Source of the DNA: Eledone cirrhosa
Lineage: Eukaryota
DNA: 64,000 nt
Assembly: GCA_964016885.1 (NCBI GenBank)
Contig: CAXHJY010001300.1
Coordinates: 1-64,000 of the forward strand
Reading direction: 5' to 3'
A model generated the notes under the pieces. It saw nothing but the letters and a program-made list of their open reading frames with translations, searched no databases and was not told where the DNA came from. This document shows positions 51,300 to 64,000 of the stretch, in pieces (positions within the stretch are counted from its first letter, which is position 1; each line of letters begins with the position of its first letter). The translations under genes were made by a program, and so were the position numbers.

Positions 51300-53640
51300 A
51301 AACTCCAGCTTTTCTCCCTTGTGCAGAATATCAACTTTTTATTACCAACTCTATGTTCCAGCTTTCAACCATGCAGAAACTCACCTGGAAGCCCCCAAGG
51401 TCAGCAAATTGGCATCCCTTGGATTATGTTGCTGTCCGTCTCCATGCTATTCGTATTGTCGTACTTCGTGTACCTGTCAGAAAGCAAGCATCCAAACTTT
51501 GTTTTGAAGTAACGTCTCTGAGATCTATCAAAGCCAGGTTTGAATTCCGGATTAAACTTCAGTCTTCGAATGTAATTCTCATATTCCTTCCTCGGATGGC
51601 GATTACAGCCAGGAAGCCGAAACTTGAAACCCTGCAATCCACAGGAAAGAAGTTCTCGGTATCTCTATAAGAAAGAATCCCGACTAGTTTGATGAATCTA
51701 TTGTTGAGACACTGGCTCTACTGGAGAGAAGACCATTACTTTTCAAAGCTCAAGTTATAAACCCATATACTCTCCCAACTAAAAGCCTGCAAAAAGATTC
51801 GGAGTGAAAAACAGCGTAGGCTGAGAGAAATCCAAAACTCCTGGTGGATTGCAAAATCACGTGGAATTCAGCGCTTTACTGAAATACAACTTACGAGTTA
51901 AAAGAACATTTGTTCCCTTACGTACAGCTGACAGAAGTCAACTTTTCAAGCACAAACACAGATAATAGATCGATGGGCAGGATAGTAGATCAATGTTTTG
52001 GAACTTCTGAACCGCATAAATTCAACCGACCCATTGCACTGGATAAACTCCTTATCCTTCCTCTGGTGTTAGAATTGAATGAAACCCCATCAGCTTACGA
52101 AGTTACTTCGGTGATCAACGCATTAACAAAAAATCCGGGTGAGAATACTATTCCTGCCGAGGTTTACATGTATGGTGAAGTTCATCTGAACGAAAAATTG
52201 CTCGATTTCTTCTCATTTTGTTTGAAGGTTGGGAAAATACCGACACCTGGAAACATGCGGCCATCATAACCATTTACACAAAGAAAGATGATCGTTCTGA
52301 TTTCAACAACAGCTGAGACATATCTCTTTTGGATGTCACAAGGAAAAATCCTCGCTCGCATCCTTTTATTATACTTCAAGAGTACTTTCAGTTTCAAACC
52401 GGTTTCCGGCCTCAGCGTGGTACAACTGACATGAATTTTGTAGCTTAACAGATTCTGCTTTGCCTTGTTTGACTGCGTAAGGCTTTTGATACCGTGAATC
52501 ATGATCTATTATCGAACGTACTCAGGAAGTTAGGGCACCTATTCCATTTTTTTCACATGCTGCGACTTTTTCATGATGGAATTGTGGCTAAGGTTGGTGT
52601 AAGTGTTAAACAGGGATGTGTTCTTGCTCCTATTCTTTTCAACATATGTTTTGTCCGTGTGATATTACTCTAAAAGTATGATATGATGAATGTGAACGAT
52701 GGAAACGCGTCAGGTATCACATAGCCGGAAGTCTTTTTTTTTTTATCTCTAAATTTTCGACCAAAGTCATTTATGAGCTGGAGTATGTAGACGACGCTTC
52801 TAGTGTGTTGTTCCATTCAGAGTGTCTACAAACGGCCTATATCAGCGGATGAGACTCGAGCTGAAAACTCAGAAGACATTTACACAGCAATATTCTTTAA
52901 GGAACAATAATAATCCACCCCTTGCTAACATTTCTATAAAAAACCCTGACTTCGGCCAGACCTCTTCTAGATATCGTGGGAACGTCATCTCTAGAAACGC
53001 AACGCCAGCGGGACCGTGCTAGTACCTCAATTCTGTTGTATGGGCGCGAAGCGTGGACGCTCTACATGAAGCAAATTAGAACACTGGAAATCTTTCATAT
53101 TCGATGTCTACAGCACATCTTTGGAATTATTTGGAAATTCTCAGGCGTTCATAATCCATTAGTATTGAAGCAATGATCATAAAGCGCATGCTCCGCTGGA
53201 CTGGGCACGCAATCTGTATGAATGAGTCCCGACTGCCAAGCATAGTGTTGTATAGTGAGTTACTCAGGGTTTTCGTCAACGTGGTGGTCTTAAGAAGCGT
53301 TGGAAAGATCAACAAATGCTTCCTCATAGCCAGTGCAATTTCTGCTAGGGATCTTCAATGACTTACTGATAATCAGAAGGTGTGGAGGAGAGTAGATGGT
53401 TTTGTTACAGTTCAGAGTTGAACGCACCAAGCAACGTGAAGATCAAAGGGCAGCCCGGTGCCATTGTCAAATTCAGTCACCCAACAGCAAAAACGTGGTT
53501 TTTCATCCCTTTCTGTCTTCCCCTGGATTTGTCTTTCATGTATTGGTCTTATATCTCATCTGTATTATCATCAGATGATTAATCGAGATATCTGATGGGG
53601 AAAAGCAAGGTTAGCATCAAAACGATGAACAGCTAGCATA
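51300..53640 (+). mobile_element. Old, heavily decayed RTE LINE
   Basis: HWHPLDYV, KNPGEN.IPAEV, KAFDTV, GVKQGCVLAP.LFN, EYVDD, LLYGREAWTL and LRWTGH...ESRLP..VLYSEL. Confidence 0.8.
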
Positions 53641-53689
53641 CATACATGATGATGGCTGCCCCCTCGTTATGAGGTATATGACGCATTGA

Positions 53690-53825
53690 GTTACGGCCGT
53701 TGCCATTCTGAGTTCAAATCCCGCCGAGGTTAACTTTGCCTTTCATCCTTACGGGGTCGATAAAATAAAGTACCAGTAATGTACTGGGTAATTGCTGGCC
53801 TTGTGCCAATAGTAGAAACAATTAT
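53690..53825 (+). mobile_element. 5'-truncated SINE
   Basis: Matches the family consensus. Confidence 0.85.
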
Positions 53826-54113
53826 TAATAATTATCAATTAATGCTATCGTACAATGCCTTTGTGTGAAGATTTTTTTAAAGTGAGGAAAGACTGTACAC
53901 TGAGCCACGAAAAGAAGAAAAGATCAACATCATCGGTAACTACTGAGTCGCAGCTTTTACGTTGGAGTTATCCCAGTTTCCTGAGTTGCCCTCTCCTAGA
54001 AGAATTCCCTGACAAAGACTAGGGGTCCTTCACCCCCAGTGGTTTAACCGCGCGATCGGGTATCCAGCCAAATTATTTCTATATCCCGCGTATATACATA
54101 CACATGCGTATAT

Positions 54114-54153
<40 letters not shown>

Positions 54154-54166
54154 CCCCCCCCCCCCC

Positions 54167-54199
<33 letters not shown>

Positions 54200-56926
54200 T
54201 AAAATAACAGATTAAAGTTATTTTAATAAATATTTGCTCTACGGTTCTTATATATTTGATATATAAGAAGCTGGGTTTCACAGAAAGAACACGACTAGTT
54301 AGGAAATTACATGTACAATCCATTAATGGAACAGTAAAATTAGGTAAAACATTAAAAAAATTCTGCATGTAATAACTGCATGTACACATATACAGATACA
54401 AAGCATATGCACATGCACATATATAACTCAAAACATACACATCCACACATACAATAACATCCATACCTGCACACACATGCATGCATGCAGACATGCTGAG
54501 ATATCTACCTAGTTGATATTGTGTAAATTCCAATGAGAGAGTCTTGTATTTATATTAGAAACCGACTCCCTCTCTCTATTTGTAAATATTTGTGAAATTA
54601 TAAAACCAGAAGAACATACATACAATGGCTGCGTCACAATTTCGAGAAATGCCACCCCTTGACGTTTTTCTCATACATGGGTGACACGAACACGACCTTT
54701 TAGCTCTTCCCGGGACTTAGATTCCTTTCTCTATATGTTGCACCGAAAGACAAAAAAGAAAGGGCCATGCTCACGCAACACACGTGAAAGTCATTTAGAT
54801 CAAGTGATGCTTGAAGCATTTTTAAGTGAAGAAAAGCTTTGCATGGGATCAATCCTCCTCTGAACAATACGAGCAGGTATTCAAAAAGAACAAGTCAACA
54901 TCATTGGCTGCCATCGAGTTTCAGGTTTTACATCAATGTTTTCCTTCTCCTAGAATGATGTTCTAACAATAACTAGGGGTCTGTCACTCCCAGTGGGCTA
55001 ACTACGTTCTCGGGCACCAAACATACATACATACACACATACATACACACACACATACATGCATTCATACATTCATACATACACCATAAATTTAATAAAA
55101 TTATATATCACCTTTTTGAATATATTTTATAGACGAAGATAAAGTTAAATGAATTGAATTTATCTTGTTAGTACATAAAAAGGACACCTTGTTTCAGTTA
55201 TATTAAATTCGAACCATGTGTTGAGAGTATATTTATCTATTCAAAATAAACAGCTTTATCCACACAAATTCGATGATACCAAATACATTTAAGCGCCAAG
55301 TCTAAGATGTTTAGTATAAGAAAAACAAAGATGCGCATAACTAATTTCAAGAACATCAATTTAGTTTTAATATCAACAGTAATACTAAGATTATAGATGT
55401 CAAATTATATTAAAATTACAAAATAACAAGAGTTAACATTAAGTCTTAATAAGTGAAAGTAACATTATAGGAAAAATAAATAAACTTGAATACTTTTTCA
55501 TCAACTTTAGTGCGATAGTACATGCATTGTACGTGTGCTTCTAAAAATTAAACTCACAAGTAAAGTTTTTAAATTTTATGCTATAAATAGACACAATACC
55601 TAATAAAACAACAGATTTACTTAATGGATATTTTTACACGACGAAAGACTTTAATTTAAAATAAATAGATAATCATTCATATTGTAACTTCGCGGTCTTT
55701 TTTTTTAACTCTGTAATAAAATTAAATAGCGAACGTTTACGTAGTTTAGAATAAAACAATTGTTATTTTGGGAGTAATTGTTTACTTCTGTTTACTGATT
55801 TTCATTCTTTACGGAACCTTGTTGATTTTAATACCTCTGCTTATGAATATGAATTAAAGTTCAAAGCTGCATTTAAATCAATACAATATCGTTTACACAC
55901 TAAGATATCAATAGTTGGAGTTTATAAAACAGTAAAATAATAACTATTAGAAAAATAATTTGTAATTCTCAACACGCTAGAATGTTAAATGGATCGTGAA
56001 CGAAATAAAACGGTTATGTGACGAAATCTGGGAAAACAAAACGTAATGTTCATTTAATGATCACGCTGCTTTGAAATAGTAAAATGATTTTGTGTGGGAG
56101 TTATAGAAATATGATACAGTTAAAACTTTTGTTATTTGTTGGTCTCCAAAGCAAAGGTTTAATTATCGCTTATGTAGGCAATAGTATGTCGATAGGGTAA
56201 AACGAATTTTTGAAATTTGTACGGTTTATGTTAATTTTGATATTATAACTCATGGAGTTATGCATACCAGTGTATATTATGGTGATATTAAGGAAAGAGA
56301 TGCAATTTGGAAAGATGTACATCATCAACAACAACAATTTTGTTTTAACTGTGAAAAATTCGTTAATCAATAAAAAAAACAAACCAAAAATACAAAAAAA
56401 AAAAGAAAAAAGACCGAATGAAGTTCCAGATTAAGTGGTCAGTGTACCATCTTATCTATGAAATAGTATTGCACAGAATTCTGTTAGAATTCCCGATGTA
56501 GTTTCCGAAAGAAATCGACGGGTACAATTAATCATAGAAATTCTAATAAATCAAAGTCCCAGCTTTAATATAATAAAGATGTTAAAGTAAACTTTACATT
56601 TTGCAACTTTTAATCATTATATGATTCCATTTCCATATGAATGACACTGGAGGATATTGAGACGCTTGTTATTAGTGTTCTTCATAAAAAAAACAGTTGC
56701 CAGTAGAAAGGGTAGGACTCGAGTTTAAAGTTTCCAAGAACATTTTTAGAGAGAAAGAGAAAGGTGACTTGCAGCTACTTTTTGTAGTTGCTGCTGTCCC
56801 TAAGTCTATTTTACCCGATTTTCTAAAGGTATTATTATTTATAGCAATGGGCTGTTATTACAGTTATTTTCTGCGTTTGGATTCCCACATTTCAAATTTC
56901 AAATGATCAAAGCGCCTCGTAAATCA

Positions 56927-56960
<34 letters not shown>

Positions 56961-57134
56961 ATAGTAATATTATTTATACTTATATATATATACACACTAT
57001 ATATAATTCTAAACAGGAAAGGTCAGTAATTCATTACCATCTTATTACCAGTAAGAAAAATAGCTCAATGTAAATACATCAGATGTCTTACAGAGCCGAT
57101 ATATATATATTTATTAAAATAACAGATTAAAGTT

Positions 57135-57315
57135 AATAATTGTTTCTACTTTAGGCACAAGGCCAGCAATTACCCAGTGCATTACTGGTACTTTATTTTA
57201 TCGACCCCGTAAGGATGAAAGGCAAAGTCAACCTCGGCGGGATTTGAACTCAGATCGTAAAGGGACGTAACTATGCTGGAAAGCATGGCGTCCGACTCTC
57301 TACCGATACTGCCAT
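57135..57315 (-). mobile_element. tRNA-derived SINE
   Basis: Matches the family consensus. Confidence 0.88.
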
Positions 57316-57433
57316 AATACCTTTAGAAAATAAAAATTTGCTCTACGGTTCTTATATATTTGATATATATTTATCCTTATCGAGCCCTCTTTGGATTTTA
57401 GTCTTCAAATTTATTATTATTACTATATATATA

Positions 57434-58606
<1,173 letters not shown>

Positions 58607-58691
58607 TATATATATATAAGTTTAGTGGTTCACCAGTGGGTAGAATTGGTCATTCCGCAACTCATCCATCTTTGATGTTGAATCTTGTTGG

Positions 58692-58737
<46 letters not shown>

Positions 58738-58788
58738 CTTCCCCAACAACCCCACTTAAGGGTATTTACATTGTACATTTTACCATTC

Positions 58789-58900
58789 TGCTCTGAGGAT
58801 ACAGTGGTCACAGCATTGGATATTTGAGTTCTGAAAATTCTTGTAAATTTGCACATAGCATAACTAGGCTGTAGTACCACCGTGGAAACATTTGTAAGCA
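58789..58900 (+). ncRNA. Type I hammerhead ribozyme with very long helix II
   Basis: UGCU-CUGAGGA-U[ACAGUGGU.ACAGC...GCUGU...ACCACCGU]G-GAAA-C-AUUU-GUA|AGCA, with AATAAA at 58906-58911. Confidence 0.8.
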
Positions 58901-58947
58901 CACGGAATAAATTACCTTTCTATGATGTCTACCTGTTATTATTCATT

Positions 58948-59008
<61 letters not shown>

Positions 59009-59129
59009 CATATATATATGTGTGTGTGTGGTGTGTGTGGTGTGTGTATGCGTGTGTGTGTGTGTTAATAAATACGGAGAGACAGTTCTACATTTCTATA
59101 CTTCAGTATATTAAATAACGTCCGTTATG

Positions 59130-59305
59130 CAATCTCGGTAGAGCGCCGAACAACATGCTTTACAGCATAGAGTTACAGCTCTTTATGTTCTGAGTTCAAA
59201 TCCCGCCGAGGTTAACTTTGCCTTTCATCCTTACGGGGTCGATAAAATAAAGTACCAGTAATGCACTGGGTAATTGCTGGCCTTGTGCCTAAAGTAGAAA
59301 CAGTT
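59130..59305 (+). mobile_element. tRNA-derived SINE
   Basis: Matches the family consensus. Confidence 0.85.
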
Positions 59306-59534
59306 ATATAATAAAGTGAAGTATGGAAATACCAACATAACAATACTCCGCCGGATACTGGTCTACGTGATACAAGTTCTAACTTAGATGGGTACAACTG
59401 ACGTGGAGTGTTTAAGATGATTACTTACAAATTCGATGATGGTGGTGTTAAAATTCAGCACCGACAACCAAGTAACACACATATATATACTAGCTAAATA
59501 ATTAAAATACACACAGACATGTATATAATGTGAA

Positions 59535-60271
59535 AGGAACGATGAACTAGTTTCTAGCTTATTAGCTCTCATCAGCACCGTATACCTTCCTGTCAGTCAA
59601 TTGAACGTTTGAAAGTATATACTTTCCTTATGCATATTAAAGGCTGAGCAGACTGATTTGCATATCGAGTGAGTTTGTCGGCCGGGTGTACCGAAAACGA
59701 TAAATGGAAAAAATGAAATTTAATTTCTCACTCTTAGTACGCTGATACTTACATATCAGTATGTATACGTACATACATATATGTATACAGACGTACAGTA
59801 GTATGTATATATATAGACAGCTAATAAGCTAGAAACTAGTACATCGTTCCTTTGTCAGTGTTGAACAAAAAGGCAACGATGGTTGCCGAACACTGTACGG
59901 CTAATAATTCGGGCTGTTTGTTTACAAACAAACCGAGCATTATAATAAATGTTCGGTAAACCCATACGTACATATATATGTGTGCATATATGTATGTATA
60001 TTCATACTACTGTACGTCTGTATACATATATGTATGTACGTATACATACTGATATGTAAGTATCAGCCGTACTAAGAGTGAGAAATGAAATTTCATTTTT
60101 TCCATTTATCGTTTTCGGTACACCCGGCCGACTAACTCACTCGATATGCAAATTAGTCTGCTTAGCCGTTAATATGTATAAGGAAAGTATATACTTTCAA
60201 ACGTTCAATTGACTGACAGGAAGGTATACGGTGGTTGCTGAACACTGTACGACTAATAATTCGGGCTGTTT
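59535..60271. mobile_element. Diverged fold-back copy of the 3377-4662 HHR repeat family
   Basis: Clear collinear similarity to 3480-3880. 59577-59802 is inverted relative to 60007-60233. Confidence 0.85.
59541..59579 (-). ncRNA. Minimal type I hammerhead ribozyme
   Basis: GGUG-CUGAUGA-GAGC-UAAUAA-GCUA-GAAA-CUAG-UU|CAUC. A partial plus-strand copy with GUA lies at 59819-59845. Confidence 0.82.
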
Positions 60272-60704
60272 GAAAAACTCGACCCCAGAATAGAACTGGT
60301 CCCTTCCTTTTTCAGGGAGAACCGAAACGAATAGCGCAATGCATTCTATTCCACGCTCTAACGATTCTATCACTAAGTCGCTTCGAATAAAATATAAAGG
60401 CGTCGCATTGCCGTATGGTCACTCGATCTGTTAGAAATAGTAGCCAAATATCCTTCGAATCGCAGGAATTAGATAATATGGTCATATAACTCTTTAAAAT
60501 ATGGAATGACCATGACTGGACTGCTTTTAATAATTGTTTTGCACGATCAAGGTTTACCTGGCACTAAACAACACTGACCGTTTCCTTTTCGTGCAGTCGC
60601 CGTCGAAACCTCAAGTGTCCCACGTTCCCGAACAGTCATTTCCCTTCGCAAAAAATTGTGAGCAGTGGATCCTGTCTGAAGAAAGTGCCCTTCGAGGTCG
60701 AGTT

Positions 60705-61196
60705 AAAAAAAACCATGTTCACTTAAAAATAATTTTTAAATAATTAGAATATACACAGACATGTATATGTTTGTGAAATGAAATTCTCTGTTTATGAAGG
60801 TACCCAGAAAACCCCCATATCTCGGGAACCCGTACTCCGATTTACGCGAAACTTTTTTTTATTCCATTTGTATTCCCATTTCAGGGTTAACTTCCTTTCA
60901 AAGTATTTTCCCATTATGCGCCCTTTTGGCTGTATTACATTACAGACAAGCAAGCAAGCAAGCCATCACAGAGTTTTAGTAGTATACTAGACCATCCGTG
61001 ATCCATTGGGTCACGTTCACTTCAAAATACTTTTTAAAATCATCTTCACTTAAAAATAATTTTTAAATAATTAAAATACACACAGACATGTATATAATGT
61101 GAAATAAAACTGGAAGGCCCATATATATACATGTGTGTATGTATATCTATAAATGTGTGTGTGTGTGTGTGTGTGTGTGTATACCTATATATATGC

Positions 61197-61237
<41 letters not shown>

Positions 61238-61402
61238 GGTGTCTGTGATCTATATACACTGGTTAGCCACACACACATATACACACACATATATATACAC
61301 ATAACACCACGAGCTCCCTCTCTCTCCTTTTCTGTCTCATCTTCCTCTCTCTATGCTTCTCTTTCAATCTACTCTCTCACAACCACTATTTCTTTCTCTC
61401 CA

Positions 61403-61474
<72 letters not shown>

Positions 61475-61550
61475 TGTTTATGAAGGTACTCGGAAAAAAC
61501 CCATATCCCGGAAACCCGTGTTCCAATTTTCGCGAAACTTGTTTTTATCA
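60705..61550 (-). mobile_element. Two head-to-tail partial copies of the non-autonomous Helitron family seen at 11849-17481
   Basis: The junction is at 60986/60987, where the minus strand reads ...GGTCTAG|TATACTACTAAAAC... Confidence 0.75.
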
Positions 61551-62034
61551 AAAATAAACAACAACAATAGCATTGCATCGAACATCTAATAAACTAGAGT
61601 ATTAGTCTACCTAGGTTCCAAGAAGTTTACATAAGATTATATATTTTAAGTAGATACAAATAATTATAGCGCTGTGTGTTGTTAGCATTGTAATTAATTT
61701 AAATGACTTCATATTAATCTTCATGTAACGTAAACAATGTGTTGTGATTTGTGCATCAAGAATGTTATTTTTCTTGTCTCATTCTGTTTGATTGTTTTGA
61801 TATATGCATTGTATGTTTTGAGAGGGGAAAACTATGTATTAATGTTTTGTTATATTTTGTCTCCGTGGAAAAATTAATTAAACACCGAAAGTGTCTATCA
61901 GACTTGACAACTTTACTATTACAATGAGCCAAAAAAGGGAGCCCCACGTGTTTTATTGATTTGCTAAATGTAGCAGCTGAATCTCTCTCAAAACTCACTA
62001 TATCATTTAAAACAAACAAAAAACAAGGCCATTA

Positions 62035-62250
62035 ATTAATAGTTTCTAATTTAGGTACCAGGCCAGTATTTTAGGGGAGAGGAAAGTCGATTATATGAGT
62101 ACTTGACTGGGACTCTATTTTATCCATACAGGAAGGATAAAAGACAAAGATGACCTCGGCGAAATATGAACTCAGAAAGAGAAGAGCTGTAACTAAATAT
62201 TGTTAAACATTCTGTTCGAGCTTTAGCGATTCTACCAACCTACTGCTCTG
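62035..62250 (-). mobile_element. Diverged SINE
   Basis: Degenerate core and box B. Confidence 0.65.
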
Positions 62251-64000
62251 AATACCATTATATAATGCAGCCTGACATAAACTATGTCTGAAAAGAAGCA
62301 TTGGTTATGGTTAGAATAGCTTTTTGTTAAAATCTGATCGATTAGGTTCTGAGCTGGTGCTAGACATCATCAACAACAACTAAATGTGTTACGAATTCAA
62401 CTACAAAATTTGCCGTTAGTAGGTATAAGTTCATTAATGACATTAGATGAACATTTTAACAATACCTTAGTTATATAAGATTTTAGTTCTTTAGAGTCGA
62501 ATGTTAAGTTATTTTTTTGGAAATTTACACTTACATTGTAAATTTTTAAGAATGCACTGCTTTCTTAATGTAGTTTTGCCAAAGCTTGAAGTATATACAT
62601 AAGAACTAATATATTTATGAAGGTTGTTGAATCCTGTATTATAATGATCGTACTGAAAAAGAAAACTCTATTACGTGAGTCCATAATGTATTTTTATCAT
62701 TAAGAAATTGTTGCCTGGAAAGAAAAATTCTGATCTTCCATCGTGTAGAAAAAAATTCGAAGTATTAAAGCAAGAAAAACGAAGTTCATTCGACATGATC
62801 CTAGTATCATAAAAAAAAAAAAATTGTTGTAGGTATACTTAGTTATTCTAATTTTGTTGTATCTCCGAGCTAGCCATTCTCAGAATATGATAGTGATAAA
62901 AGCGAAGTAGATTAATTAAAAAAAAAAAATCGTATTCAGTGCTTCAGTATTGTAACTGCATAAGTAAAGGTTTAGGAATGTTGGGCTTAGATATTTTTTG
63001 AGTCGATATCTGAAAAAAAAAAAGAAAAAGACCCACTTGTTTAATGAAAAATTTTATAGTGTAGCCACTACCACCAAAAGCAACAACAACAATTCATTTT
63101 ATAGACAATTTTCTGAGAGGGGAAGAAATAACATGATAGTTTGGGGGAGAAAAGAATACACCATTTTATTTCAATGGTAAACTAAAAAAGAAAGAAAAAA
63201 TCTTTCTAATATATAAAAATCGAAAAATAGAACGTATATCTATAGTAGTGGTTCTCAAACAGTGTCCATCAAAGGATAGCTAAGTGGGCCGCAGATTTCT
63301 CAAAAAATATCATTCGAGGCTTTAGAAAATCTATACAAATTATTGAACTTCTTGAAAAACATTCTATTCATAAATTTCGTATATTCACAATACATTTTCT
63401 CATAAAACAAATATAATCTAACTAACCATCGATACAATATAACGTTAATTTACTACACGTGGAAGTAGAGTAGGGGAGATTAGAGACCTTTCTTCTCCTT
63501 CCGCACGTATGGAATTTGTAATTCTAAGTGAGTACAAGTTACTTCAAGGCAGAATGTCGATTTCAAAGTGAACACATTTAACTTAAAACAAACTTTAATT
63601 AGCTAAGAATAATATATCTTCATTCAAAGAAGATGTAACAGGTGAATACGATGCTATCATATAACAAACGAAAGCGAAAACCCATTCTTTTCAACCACAA
63701 GAATTCAGTAATGAAAATAATTATTTCCCTTGTAGAGTTCATTTTCTTTGGAATTGAGTATTGATAAAATGTATGAGAGTGTGCGATACCAAATATCGTT
63801 GCATGAATAGGTTTTTGAGACACAGTGCGGAGCCTTATCATTTAAGAGTTAAACTGCTTATTCTTTAGACAGTGTTTTTTTATAATGCCTAGGCAAGCAG
63901 CAGCTTTCATTCTTTTGAGGTCGATCAATAAAGTACCAGTCCAGCACTGGAGTCTATTCTTCCTCTATTTCTCTTTATCAATGTTTTTCTTTGTTTCTCT

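Noticed and set aside
57338-57390. Repeat (also at about 28641 and 54234) with a GCUC/GAGC stem and GUA on the minus strand, suggestive of an HHR
   Set aside because: It lacks the CUGANGA and GAAA cores and is too degenerate to call.
63244-63300. TAGTGGTTCTCAAAC hAT-MITE-like terminus
   Set aside because: I found no partner TIR or 8-bp TSD.

Overview
AT-rich, microsatellite-laden eukaryotic DNA. I found no convincing host protein-coding gene, and the repeat content resembles an octopod cephalopod genome (inference). The window is a nested transposon graveyard containing: two decayed RepHel Helitrons and several non-autonomous Helitrons; an R4/Dong-type retrotransposon split by nested Helitrons; several RTE LINEs, one young and carrying a PHD-like finger inside its RT; a DD37D (maT) mariner with intact TIRs; a Chapaev3-like CMC transposon; about 20 copies of a tRNA-derived SINE; and Penelope-like element (PLE) fragments. 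The main hidden signal is about 10 type I hammerhead ribozyme (HHR) motifs from roughly 7 sequence families, which I folded by eye. Most sit in short non-coding modules between (TA)n arrays, often as tandem or fold-back copies, and several are followed by AATAAA. Several have an unusually long helix II. One family forms 460-510 bp tandem monomers resembling non-LTR retrozymes (circRNA-producing). Most ORFs in the supplied track are microsatellite artefacts. Boundaries without a stated terminal motif are approximate.
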